Source: a bacterium (GTDB lineage: Bacteria > UBP7 > UBA6624 > JBBIMK01). From it: DNA of 32,000 bases. Shown in pieces: positions 15,841-22,945 of the stretch (positions are counted from its first letter, which is position 1; the number at the start of each line of letters is the position of its first letter). Below the pieces are notes generated by a model, which was not told where the DNA came from, ran no database searches, and saw only the letters and a program-made list of their open reading frames with translations. Both the position numbers and the translations under genes were made by a program. The DNA lies in assembly GCA_037444445.1 (NCBI GenBank), contig JBBIMK010000008.1:1-32000 (forward strand), given 5' to 3'.

Positions 15841-16974
15841 TTGAGAAAGACCTTTGCACACGGGTGGCCAAGAAGTGTATGTTACGCTTCATTATCGTTC
15901 TTTCCGTGGCTCGTTGCCTCTTGCATCACTGTCCCTTCAGGAGTGGATACTCTGGCGCCAACGGTGGTCTTTCTCACTCCACAACCTCAACAGACTATCA
16001 GTGGTGTATTTCAGGTTATCGTGGACGCCCAGGATAATCGCTCCATTTCATCCGTTTCCCTTTTCGTAGATTCAGAGCAAATCCAGACTCTGGAAAACGG
16101 ACCTTATAAATTTTACTGGGATACCCACAGTGTTTCTGACGGAACCCATACACTACAAACGGTAGCGATGGACACGGCCGGGAACTCGGAATCGGCCGAA
16201 ATTACTGTCATCGTGAGGAATGGCACCGGTCCCGCACCTCCCAGCATCACCTCCTATCAAATTTCTCCGCTTTCCAGTTCCTACATCGGTTCACCCATTT
16301 CCGTTTCCTTCTCAGCCACTGCAGAAGACCCCGATGGAGGAGTGGTTTCTTATCTCTGGGAATTCGGCGATGGACAATCCTCCAGTCACGCTACTGTATC
16401 GCATTTTTACACCTCGCCGGGTCCTAATTATGCTGTGCGCCTCACGGTAACGGATGATGAAAACCAGCAAACAACCCGTCAGGCAGTGGTGGTGATTGCC
16501 GAATTGCCCATATTGGGCTCCAGCATTCCCTTCACTTTGAAGGATGAAAATGGCACCCCGGTTAAACTTTCCTCACTGGCTGGCAAAGTGGTGACGTTGA
16601 ACTTCTGGGCAACCTGGTGCGTTCCCTGCCGGCAGGAGTTTCCCGACCTGGAAGCGGCTCATCAAGCCCACGCCTCTGAAGGCTTCAGTCTCATCGGCAT
16701 TGATTCTCTGGACCTGAGCGATTCCACCTCCCTCAAAAACTGGCACCAGCAAAACCAGTCACTCACCTACCTTTTGCTGTTGGACAAAGGGCAGCAATAC
16801 CGGGATATTCTGGATGCTTACAACCTGACATTCAACCCGGAAGTCTCTGGCACTCTCCCCTACACCGTAGTTATGGACCGAAATCATCAAGTCCGTTTTA
16901 CAAAAGTGGGCAAGTTGAACCCGGGTGAACTGGAAAGCATCCTCACAAAACTTCTTTCCTTTTATACCCCCTGA
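15841..16974 (+). CDS. Lipoprotein: Ig-like + PKD + TlpA/ResA-like thioredoxin domain
   Basis: 377 aa with a TTG start. Lipobox LVASC. The Ig-like module is similar to the N-terminus of the preceding gene. PKD signature WEFGDGQ. The thioredoxin domain carries NFWATWCVPCRQEFP (CVPC at 16618-16629). Confidence 0.85.
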   Translation: MRKTFAHGWPRSVCYASLSFFPWLVASCITVPSGVDTLAPTVVFLTPQPQQTISGVFQVIVDAQDNRSISSVSLFVDSEQIQTLENGPYKFYWDTHSVSDGTHTLQTVAMDTAGNSESAEITVIVRNGTGPAPPSITSYQISPLSSSYIGSPISVSFSATAEDPDGGVVSYLWEFGDGQSSSHATVSHFYTSPGPNYAVRLTVTDDENQQTTRQAVVVIAELPILGSSIPFTLKDENGTPVKLSSLAGKVVTLNFWATWCVPCRQEFPDLEAAHQAHASEGFSLIGIDSLDLSDSTSLKNWHQQNQSLTYLLLLDKGQQYRDILDAYNLTFNPEVSGTLPYTVVMDRNHQVRFTKVGKLNPGELESILTKLLSFYTP

Positions 16975-17094
16975 AGAAACCTTTGCCTACTCATTCTTTT
17001 TATGCCAGCGAACCTGAAGGTGGTTCATTCTTGCTGAGCTCTTTCAGGGGAAGGGAAATTTTCATCGGATAGGTGTAAAATGTTAGGTGGTAGG

Positions 17095-17166
17095 GGGCCC
17101 GTAGCTCAGAGGCAGAGCGGTGGACTCATAATCCATTGGTCCCAGGTTCGACCCCTGGCGGGCCCA
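17095..17166 (+). tRNA. tRNA with CAT anticodon (elongator Met or lysidine-dependent Ile2; not an initiator)
   Basis: Hand-folded cloverleaf. Acceptor GGGCCCG/CGGGCCC. D arm GCTC-AGAGGCA-GAGC. Anticodon arm GTGGA-CTCATAA-TCCAT (CAT at 17127-17129). Variable loop TGGTC. T arm CCAGG-TTCGACC-CCTGG. Discriminator A. No encoded CCA. The 1:72 pair is G-C, so it is not an initiator. Confidence 0.9.
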
Positions 17167-17355
17167 CGCCTGATTTTTCAGGACAAGATGGAGCTGTGCA
17201 AAAGTCAAAGAGCAAAACGAAGAATGCAAGAATGAAAAACAATTTTGACCGCAGCCCTTTGACCCCGGTTATGTTGACCTTAGCGAGACACCAACACAAT
17301 CGGAAACAAGGCAGACCCCTGTGTGGAAAGACCAACCTCCATTATGGGATAAATG

Positions 17356-17428
17356 GGGCGAATAGCTCAGCGGTGAGAGCGCCTGCCTTACAAGCAGGAG
17401 GTCCTCCGTTCAAATCGGGGTTCGCCCA
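17356..17428 (+). tRNA. tRNA-Val (TAC anticodon)
   Basis: Acceptor GGGCGAA/TTCGCCC. D arm with AGCTCAGCGGTGAGAGC. Anticodon arm CCTGC-CTTACAA-GCAGG. T arm CTCCG-TTCAAAT-CGGGG. Discriminator A. No encoded CCA. Confidence 0.9.
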
Positions 17429-17463
17429 CTCCTCTTCCACTTCCATACAGGAGTAAATCTGCC

Positions 17464-18165
17464 ATGAGCCTTGCCCTTCTTTACCGCCTTCAGCAAGCCA
17501 TCAATCGCAGACAATCCCTTCTGAAGCGTCTCCAGAATCTTCGCCGTGAATTCCAACTGAATGCGATGGAGCAAAATCTGGAAAACCTCCGAAACACCTT
17601 AAAATCCCTTCAAGATTCCCAACAGAAAATCCAGCAAACACTTCGGGAGCAGCAACTTTCGCTGAAAAGCCTTCAGGAAAAGAAGAAGGAGCGGGAGCGA
17701 AAAATGCTTTCCAGCAGTGTGGTGAAGGAAATCCAGGGGCTGGAGACTTCCCTGCAGGAGTTACAAGCCGGTATAGAGGCTCTGGAAGAAGAAATGTTAG
17801 GGGAAATGTTGAAAATGGAAGAAAATGAAAAAGCCATGGCTCGCCTCCGAAGTGAATTGAACCACCTCCAAAATGAGTGGAGCCAGAAATTAAACCAGTT
17901 CACACAGGAGCAAAATGCTATACAGACGGAAATTCATCGGCAGGAAGAAGAAGAAAAAATTTTACGCTCTCAAGGAGATGTGAAACAACTTCTGGAATTT
18001 GACCGTTTGATGGAGGCAAAAGGCGGAATTGCCATCGCTGTCGTTAGCGACAAAACCTGCGGAGTTTGTCGGATGCTAATCCCTTCCGCGGATTTATCCC
18101 ATTTGAAACAGGACGAGCAAGTAACTTGCCAGCACTGTGGTAGAATCCTCTATCAGGAGAGTTAA
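17464..18165 (+). CDS. Coiled-coil protein with C-terminal C4 zinc ribbon (DUF164 / zf-RING_7 family, HP0958-like)
   Basis: 233 aa. A long heptad-rich region is followed by CGVCRMLIP...CQHCGRILY. GGAG sits 10 nt upstream of the start. The gene begins 35 nt after tRNA-Val. Confidence 0.8.
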   Translation: MSLALLYRLQQAINRRQSLLKRLQNLRREFQLNAMEQNLENLRNTLKSLQDSQQKIQQTLREQQLSLKSLQEKKKERERKMLSSSVVKEIQGLETSLQELQAGIEALEEEMLGEMLKMEENEKAMARLRSELNHLQNEWSQKLNQFTQEQNAIQTEIHRQEEEEKILRSQGDVKQLLEFDRLMEAKGGIAIAVVSDKTCGVCRMLIPSADLSHLKQDEQVTCQHCGRILYQES

Positions 18166-18169
18166 TTTC

Positions 18170-19549
18170 TTGCGAGTTGCCTTTCCGGTTCCTTCCAGCG
18201 ATAAACTCGGATTACCTGAGGTTCACCGACTTCTGTTTGCTTTTTTCTTTGCCCGGCAAAGGCACGGAACTTTCATTCTGTTCACCCCGGATGCTAACCC
18301 GGCACCGGAATGGTCTCTCAGGGAAAAGCGCCTCCTCCAGGCAATCCGATGGCTTGAGATCAGTTATGACGAGGGGCTGGAGCGAGGAGGTTCCTTCTTC
18401 CCATACCGCCAGAGCGAAGCATTTCCCATCTATGAGGGAGCCGTGCTATCACTCTTGAAAGCGGGAAAAGCCTATCCCTGCATTTGCCCATCGGAGAGCC
18501 CTGTGGAAGTCTGCAGTTGCCGGAACCGTCCGAAGGAGCGACGCTGGAAACCTCACTTAAAGGCTGGTGAAAAAATCCGATTCCATACCGTAGTGGAAGA
18601 AACGCCGCCACCGGGGAGGAAGAAATCAGTCACATCCACTTCAGCCTTTCCACCACCCACAGATTTTTTGTTGTGGACAGAAGAGAATCGTCCGTCGGAT
18701 ATACTCGCCCACGCAATAGATTGGACCCGGATGAAAATGGACCGGGTCATCCGGGAAGAAAAATCCCGGCAACAGGCATTCTACGAGATGTCTCTTCTTC
18801 AAGCCCTGGGAGAAAAATTTCCCGTCTGTTTTTTTCTTCCAGATATACGGGAATCCAGACCCGATTCCTCCACGGCTGAACTTTTTCAGGCCGATTGGGA
18901 GGCCCTGAAAGATTTCGGTATTCTGCCCGAGGTTCTCAGGAATGTTTTCGTTTTTGGGTTTCACAAAGCCTTCAATGACGGATTGGCTTTTCCTTCACTG
19001 TCTTCACAGGTTTCCGGCTTTCGCCCCACTTCCCTGCCTTTTCGCTCCTGGAACTGGAAATCGTTTCTACGCTACCAGCGAACTTATCTCCAGCAATTAC
19101 CCATCAAAGTTCTCAAAATGAAGGTGCTGGAATTTCAAGAAGGTCGGGATATCTTCTCCTGCCTATCACCAGTGAAGCAAGCCTACGCCCTGCTGATGAT
19201 TCAGCGTCATGCGCAAACCATACCCGAGGGATTGCGAGTTTTAGACTTCCTTCGGTTTGCCCCGTATCACCCCACCGTTAACGAGTTTGAACGGATGTGG
19301 CTGGAATACTTTAGCAGTGGATTATTTAATATCAACTGGCATAGTCCCGACACCATTGAAGAAAAATTGTGGAACAACATTCTCCCCTCCTTCCCGAAGA
19401 GGGAAATAGAAAAACTGGTTCTCCGCATCCTGAGAGCCAATCAAACTCCTCTAAAACTTTCCGAGGTTCTCTTTCTGCTGGGGATGGAAGAGGCGGGAAA
19501 TCGGATATCCAAATCCATCATATACTCCCCGGAGCGTGATATGGAATGA
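18170..19549 (+). CDS. Glutamyl-tRNA synthetase-like protein lacking the HIGH and KMSKS motifs (probable pseudo-synthetase)
   Basis: Collinear with bacterial GluRS from end to end: RVAFPVPSS.., LQAIRWLEISYDEGLERGGSFFPYRQSE, KAGKAYPCIC, RVIREEK, GILPEVLRNVFVFGF, and a C-terminal anticodon-binding-like helix bundle. GLPE (18209-18220) occupies the HIGH position. No K-x-S-K-x follows FFLPDIRESRPDSS. Preferred start is TTG 18170, with AGGAGA 9 nt upstream; the track starts at GTG 18137. Confidence 0.8.
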   Translation: MRVAFPVPSSDKLGLPEVHRLLFAFFFARQRHGTFILFTPDANPAPEWSLREKRLLQAIRWLEISYDEGLERGGSFFPYRQSEAFPIYEGAVLSLLKAGKAYPCICPSESPVEVCSCRNRPKERRWKPHLKAGEKIRFHTVVEETPPPGRKKSVTSTSAFPPPTDFLLWTEENRPSDILAHAIDWTRMKMDRVIREEKSRQQAFYEMSLLQALGEKFPVCFFLPDIRESRPDSSTAELFQADWEALKDFGILPEVLRNVFVFGFHKAFNDGLAFPSLSSQVSGFRPTSLPFRSWNWKSFLRYQRTYLQQLPIKVLKMKVLEFQEGRDIFSCLSPVKQAYALLMIQRHAQTIPEGLRVLDFLRFAPYHPTVNEFERMWLEYFSSGLFNINWHSPDTIEEKLWNNILPSFPKREIEKLVLRILRANQTPLKLSEVLFLLGMEEAGNRISKSIIYSPERDME

Positions 19550-20991
19550 AAGTGTTCAACACCCTGACCCGAAGGATAGAAGAGTTCAAACCCTTGAAGA
19601 AAGGGAGGGTGCGGATGTATGTTTGCGGAGTAACTCCGTATGATTATTCACATCTGGGGCATCTGCGACCTGCCGTTTTTTTTGATGTCGTTCGTCGGTA
19701 TTTTTGCCATCTCGGTTACTCCGTCACCTATGTAGTGAATTTTACAGATGTGGATGATAAAATCATTGCCCGGGCACTGGAGCGAAGTCAGAACCCACTC
19801 ACCTACGCCTACCCATTCATTCAGGACTACTATCATTGCCTCGCTTTGCTCAATGTCCAGCCTGCGGATTTTTTTCCAAAGGTCACCAGCCACATTCCTA
19901 TCATCATTTCCTTCATCCAGCGAATCCTGAAAGGGGGATATGCGTATGAAGCCAATGGAGATGTGTATTTTTCCGTAAAAGGGTTCAAGGGTTATGGCAG
20001 ACTCTCTGGCAGGTCTGTGGAGGACCTGCTGTCCACCGGTCGGATAGAAGTCAGCCCATTGAAGAGAGACCTGCTGGACTTCGCCTTATGGAAGAGTGCG
20101 AAACCTGGTGAGCCTTCCTGGGACAGCCCGTGGGGGAAGGGCCGCCCCGGCTGGCATATTGAGTGTTCCGCCATGAGCGCCCATTACCTGGGGGAGACGT
20201 TTGACATCCACGGCGGTGGAAATGACCTCATATTTCCCCACCACGAAAATGAAATTGCCCAGTCCCGGGCTGCTTTCGGCAAGCCTTTTTTCGCCAGATA
20301 CTGGCTTCATAATGGCATGGTCACCCTGAAGGAAGAAAAAATGGCAAAGTCCACCGGCAAATTCATCCCGATGAAAGACCTGTTAGAGCGATATTCTTCC
20401 GATGTCATCCGCCTCTTCCTCCTGGGAGTTCATTACCGCTCACCCGTGGAATATTCGGACGAAGTGATGTGGGCGCATACGAGCCGTGTGGAACGCTTTA
20501 CGTCCTTTTTTCAACGCACCCGGGAAATTCTCAAAGCATCCCTGGAACAGCGAAAGGAAAACCTGCCCCCGGCGGATGAAAAATTGCACTCCTGGACGGA
20601 GGAGTTCCATCAGGCCATGCAAGAGGATTTCAACACCCCAAAAGCCGTGGCCATTCTTCATTCCCTTTTAGACGCCGGCAACGGCGTCCTGGAGCAAAAT
20701 CAGAACCCGGTTGTTCTCAACCAGATTTACCTCACCATTTTACACCTTGGCAATCTTCTCGGCCTCTTTCAGGAGGAACAGGCAAACCTGTATGGTTCCA
20801 GCGTGTCCAAATCTGCCCAGAATCTCTTGAAGAAATATGAGGGGGCCATGAAAGAAATTTTGAATTTCCGTGAAGAGTTGAGACAAAACCAACAGTACGA
20901 ACTGGCAGACAATTTGAGGAAAAGGTTGGCGGAAAGCGGATGGATTATTGAGGATGCTCCTGAAGGACCCCGCTGGCGCCCCTCTGGATAA
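19546..20991 (+). CDS. cysS: Cysteine--tRNA ligase
   Basis: 481 aa. [18 protein letters not shown] contains the HIGH motif as HLGH (19651-19662). KMAKS at 20338-20352. Zn/Cys-binding WHIECS. ATGA overlap with the upstream gene. Confidence 0.97.
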   Translation: MKVFNTLTRRIEEFKPLKKGRVRMYVCGVTPYDYSHLGHLRPAVFFDVVRRYFCHLGYSVTYVVNFTDVDDKIIARALERSQNPLTYAYPFIQDYYHCLALLNVQPADFFPKVTSHIPIIISFIQRILKGGYAYEANGDVYFSVKGFKGYGRLSGRSVEDLLSTGRIEVSPLKRDLLDFALWKSAKPGEPSWDSPWGKGRPGWHIECSAMSAHYLGETFDIHGGGNDLIFPHHENEIAQSRAAFGKPFFARYWLHNGMVTLKEEKMAKSTGKFIPMKDLLERYSSDVIRLFLLGVHYRSPVEYSDEVMWAHTSRVERFTSFFQRTREILKASLEQRKENLPPADEKLHSWTEEFHQAMQEDFNTPKAVAILHSLLDAGNGVLEQNQNPVVLNQIYLTILHLGNLLGLFQEEQANLYGSSVSKSAQNLLKKYEGAMKEILNFREELRQNQQYELADNLRKRLAESGWIIEDAPEGPRWRPSG

Positions 20992-21013
20992 AGTGGCTTC
21001 TCCCTGGATTCAA

Positions 21014-21022
21014 TGGTATAAT
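21014..21022 (+). promoter_or_regulatory. Candidate extended -10 element TGgTATAAT
   Basis: Read directly, in the 50-nt gap between cysS and the TatD-family gene, 20 nt upstream of ATG 21042. No good -35 element or Shine-Dalgarno sequence was seen. Confidence 0.3.
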
Positions 21023-21041
21023 GGTATAGGTTATCAGCGAT

Positions 21042-21869
21042 ATGATTGATTCACACGCACATCTGGACGAGGCGGTTTTTCAAGAGGATTTGCCTGGAGT
21101 GGTTGAGCGAGCGAAAGCAGCAGGTATATCCGCTGTCATCAGCCCCGGCGTGGATGTTCGTTCCAGCCGCTCCGTTCTGAATCTTTCTCACTTCTTCCCC
21201 GGCTTCATCTTCCCGGCAGTCGGAATTCACCCCCATTCCTCCCAAAATGTTACCGGAGAAGATTGGCAGGCTTTGGAATCTTTCCTCCAATCTGATGACA
21301 TCGTTGCCATCGGGGAAACGGGCCTGGATTTTTATAGAAATTACTCTCCGGTCCCGGCTCAAATTTCTGCCTTTGAACATCACATCCACCTGGCGAAAAA
21401 ATATGACCTTCCCCTGATTATCCATATCCGTGACGCCTTTGACGAGGTGTATCAGATTCTACATCCCCACGCTCCTCTATCCGGCGTGCTTCATTCCTTC
21501 TCTTCTCATTCAGAAGATGCTCAACGATTCATAGAACTGGGGTTATATCTTTCTTTTTCCGGGATTCTCACTTATCCAAAAGCGGAGTCTGTGCGTCGCT
21601 CCGCCGCCTTCGCCCCTCTGGAGAGGATTTTAGTGGAAACGGATGCTCCTTACCTTCCCCCTCAGAATCATCGGGGAAAACGATGTGAACCCGCTTATGT
21701 GCAGGAAACTCTTCTGACCCTGGCACATTTGAAGAACCTGTCATTTCAAGAGGTGAATGCTCGGACGACACAAAACTGTTATCAATTATTCCCGCGCCTG
21801 TGTCAAACTTCTCCTGGTGTCAGGGATGGACTCGTTTCCTGCGCCAGAACAGGGGTAGATACACCTTGA
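21042..21869 (+). CDS. TatD family metal-dependent hydrolase
   Basis: MIDSHAHLD..., GETGLDFYR, HIRDA, HSFS and ETDAPYL are the canonical TatD metal-ligand motifs. About 20 extra C-terminal residues are present. Confidence 0.9.
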   Translation: MIDSHAHLDEAVFQEDLPGVVERAKAAGISAVISPGVDVRSSRSVLNLSHFFPGFIFPAVGIHPHSSQNVTGEDWQALESFLQSDDIVAIGETGLDFYRNYSPVPAQISAFEHHIHLAKKYDLPLIIHIRDAFDEVYQILHPHAPLSGVLHSFSSHSEDAQRFIELGLYLSFSGILTYPKAESVRRSAAFAPLERILVETDAPYLPPQNHRGKRCEPAYVQETLLTLAHLKNLSFQEVNARTTQNCYQLFPRLCQTSPGVRDGLVSCARTGVDTP

Positions 21870-22432
21870 AGCGTCTTATCTTTACTGCCATTATCATCTT
21901 CTTCCTGGACTGGTACACCAAAATCTGGGTAGCACAAAACATCATACCACGAACATCACAACCCTTACTGCCTCCCTACATCGTGATTCATCCCACAAGG
22001 AATGCCGGGCTCATCCTTGGAATCTTCTCAGGGAACTCCCTCATCGTATATACCGTAATTTTTATTGCCAGCCTCGTTCTTTTGAGTTATGCGTATTCAG
22101 AGATTAAAAGGAACGGGCACACCATTTCCTTAATCGGAGTAGGGATGATTACCGGTGGCGCTGTGGGGAATCTTGTGGACCGTCTCCTTCACGGCTCAGT
22201 TCTTGACTTCATCAAAGTTGGCAGTTTTCCCATTTTCAATGTGGCAGATTCTTCCATCGTCACTGGCGTTTTCTTACTCGCCCTCAGTTATTGGATTGAA
22301 GAAAAATGGCCCCGTAAGCCTGCAGAAACACCCGCCCCCGAAGCACTTCAGGTTGAGGGAGAAATATCTCCTGCCAGGGAATCAACCTCAACCAGCAACC
22401 CGCCTTCTCATACCGACCCCCCTTCACAATAA
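21866..22432 (+). CDS. lspA: Lipoprotein signal peptidase (signal peptidase II)
   Basis: FLDWYTK, NAGLILGIF, GGAVGNLVDRLLHGSVLDFI and FNVADSSI motifs. The start is ambiguous. TTG 21866 overlaps the TatD stop (TTGA). The track uses GTG 21800, which would overlap TatD by 70 nt. Confidence 0.9.
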   Translation: MKRLIFTAIIIFFLDWYTKIWVAQNIIPRTSQPLLPPYIVIHPTRNAGLILGIFSGNSLIVYTVIFIASLVLLSYAYSEIKRNGHTISLIGVGMITGGAVGNLVDRLLHGSVLDFIKVGSFPIFNVADSSIVTGVFLLALSYWIEEKWPRKPAETPAPEALQVEGEISPARESTSTSNPPSHTDPPSQ

Positions 22433-22572
22433 ACTCTTATAGGGAATGCAGGAGCGGAGAGACAGAGTCTTATCCCGCCCAACGGCTCATTATCCAGATT
22501 ACAACAAACTCAGATTACTAAATAGTCAGCGTGATGTAAAATTATACCGTTTCGGGGTAGACTACTCTATGC

Positions 22573-22607
22573 GGGGTGGCCGCTTATTGGCGGCTGCCCC
22601 TTTTTTT
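22573..22607 (+). terminator. Rho-independent terminator (11-bp stem, 6-nt loop, T7)
   Basis: GGGGTGGCCGC (22573-22583), loop TTATTG, GCGGCTGCCCC (22590-22600) with 9 Watson-Crick pairs and 2 G-U pairs, then TTTTTTT (22601-22607). Confidence 0.7.
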
Positions 22608-22795
22608 CAAAATCGGCAGGCTAAAGCATGGAAAATCCAGTAAAGATGAATTACACAGGCGAGGAAAAGAATAATCAAAGTAAATGAAGAAGGTCCGATG
22701 GCATTTCTCAACTCCTTCGGCAGGCTCTGGAGAAGAATCAGCCCTCCGAAAAAGGTAGCAAAAAGGGAAACCAGCAGGCTGATAGAGGAAAGCAT
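22607..22795 (-). CDS. Possible small two-TM protein (62 aa)
   Basis: Hydrophobic ORF downstream of sdhB on the same strand, with no Shine-Dalgarno sequence. Its stop abuts the 22573-22607 hairpin. Tentative. Confidence 0.25.
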   Translation of the reverse strand: MLSSISLLVSLFATFFGGLILLQSLPKELRNAIGPSSFTLIILFLACVIHLYWIFHALACRF

Positions 22796-22945
22796 AGCGG
22801 CGCAGGTTACATACGCAAGGGGGGGCTGCTTTTAGTGGAAAAACCTTGCTTTTACCCTATAGTAGAAACCTTTCTGTCACTGTAATGATAATTTTTTGCA
22901 CCGGATAAAACAGGGTGACACAACTCACCTTCCGCCTGCTGTAAG

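Noticed and set aside
13093-15861. Numerous 60-156-aa alternative-frame and antisense ORFs inside the 1000-aa lipoprotein gene (for example 14666..15136 and 15179..15580).
   Set aside because: They lie entirely within a strongly supported multi-domain CDS. Their translations are Pro/Arg/Ser/Thr-rich low-complexity sequence typical of off-frame reading.
16995-17045. Possible terminator after the TlpA-like gene (CCTGAAGG...CTTTCAGG).
   Set aside because: The 8-bp stem encloses a 20-nt loop and has no U-tract, so this is not a convincing intrinsic terminator.
17169-17182. Small hairpin CCTGA-TTTT-TCAGG immediately after tRNA(CAT), considered as a terminator.
   Set aside because: The stem is only 5 bp with AT pairs and there is no downstream T-run. 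It more likely sits within the precursor spacer and is processed.
22440-22610. Possible tmRNA, SRP RNA or 6S RNA in the lspA-sdhB gap.
   Set aside because: There is no tRNA-like acceptor/T-arm (GGTTCGA...CCA) as required for tmRNA, and no SRP domain IV motif. The segment is too short for tmRNA or RNase P RNA. Only the terminator can be supported.
22446-22643. 65-aa plus-strand ORF after lspA.
   Set aside because: It reads straight through the 22573-22607 terminator hairpin and T-tract, and it has no ribosome-binding site or recognisable fold.
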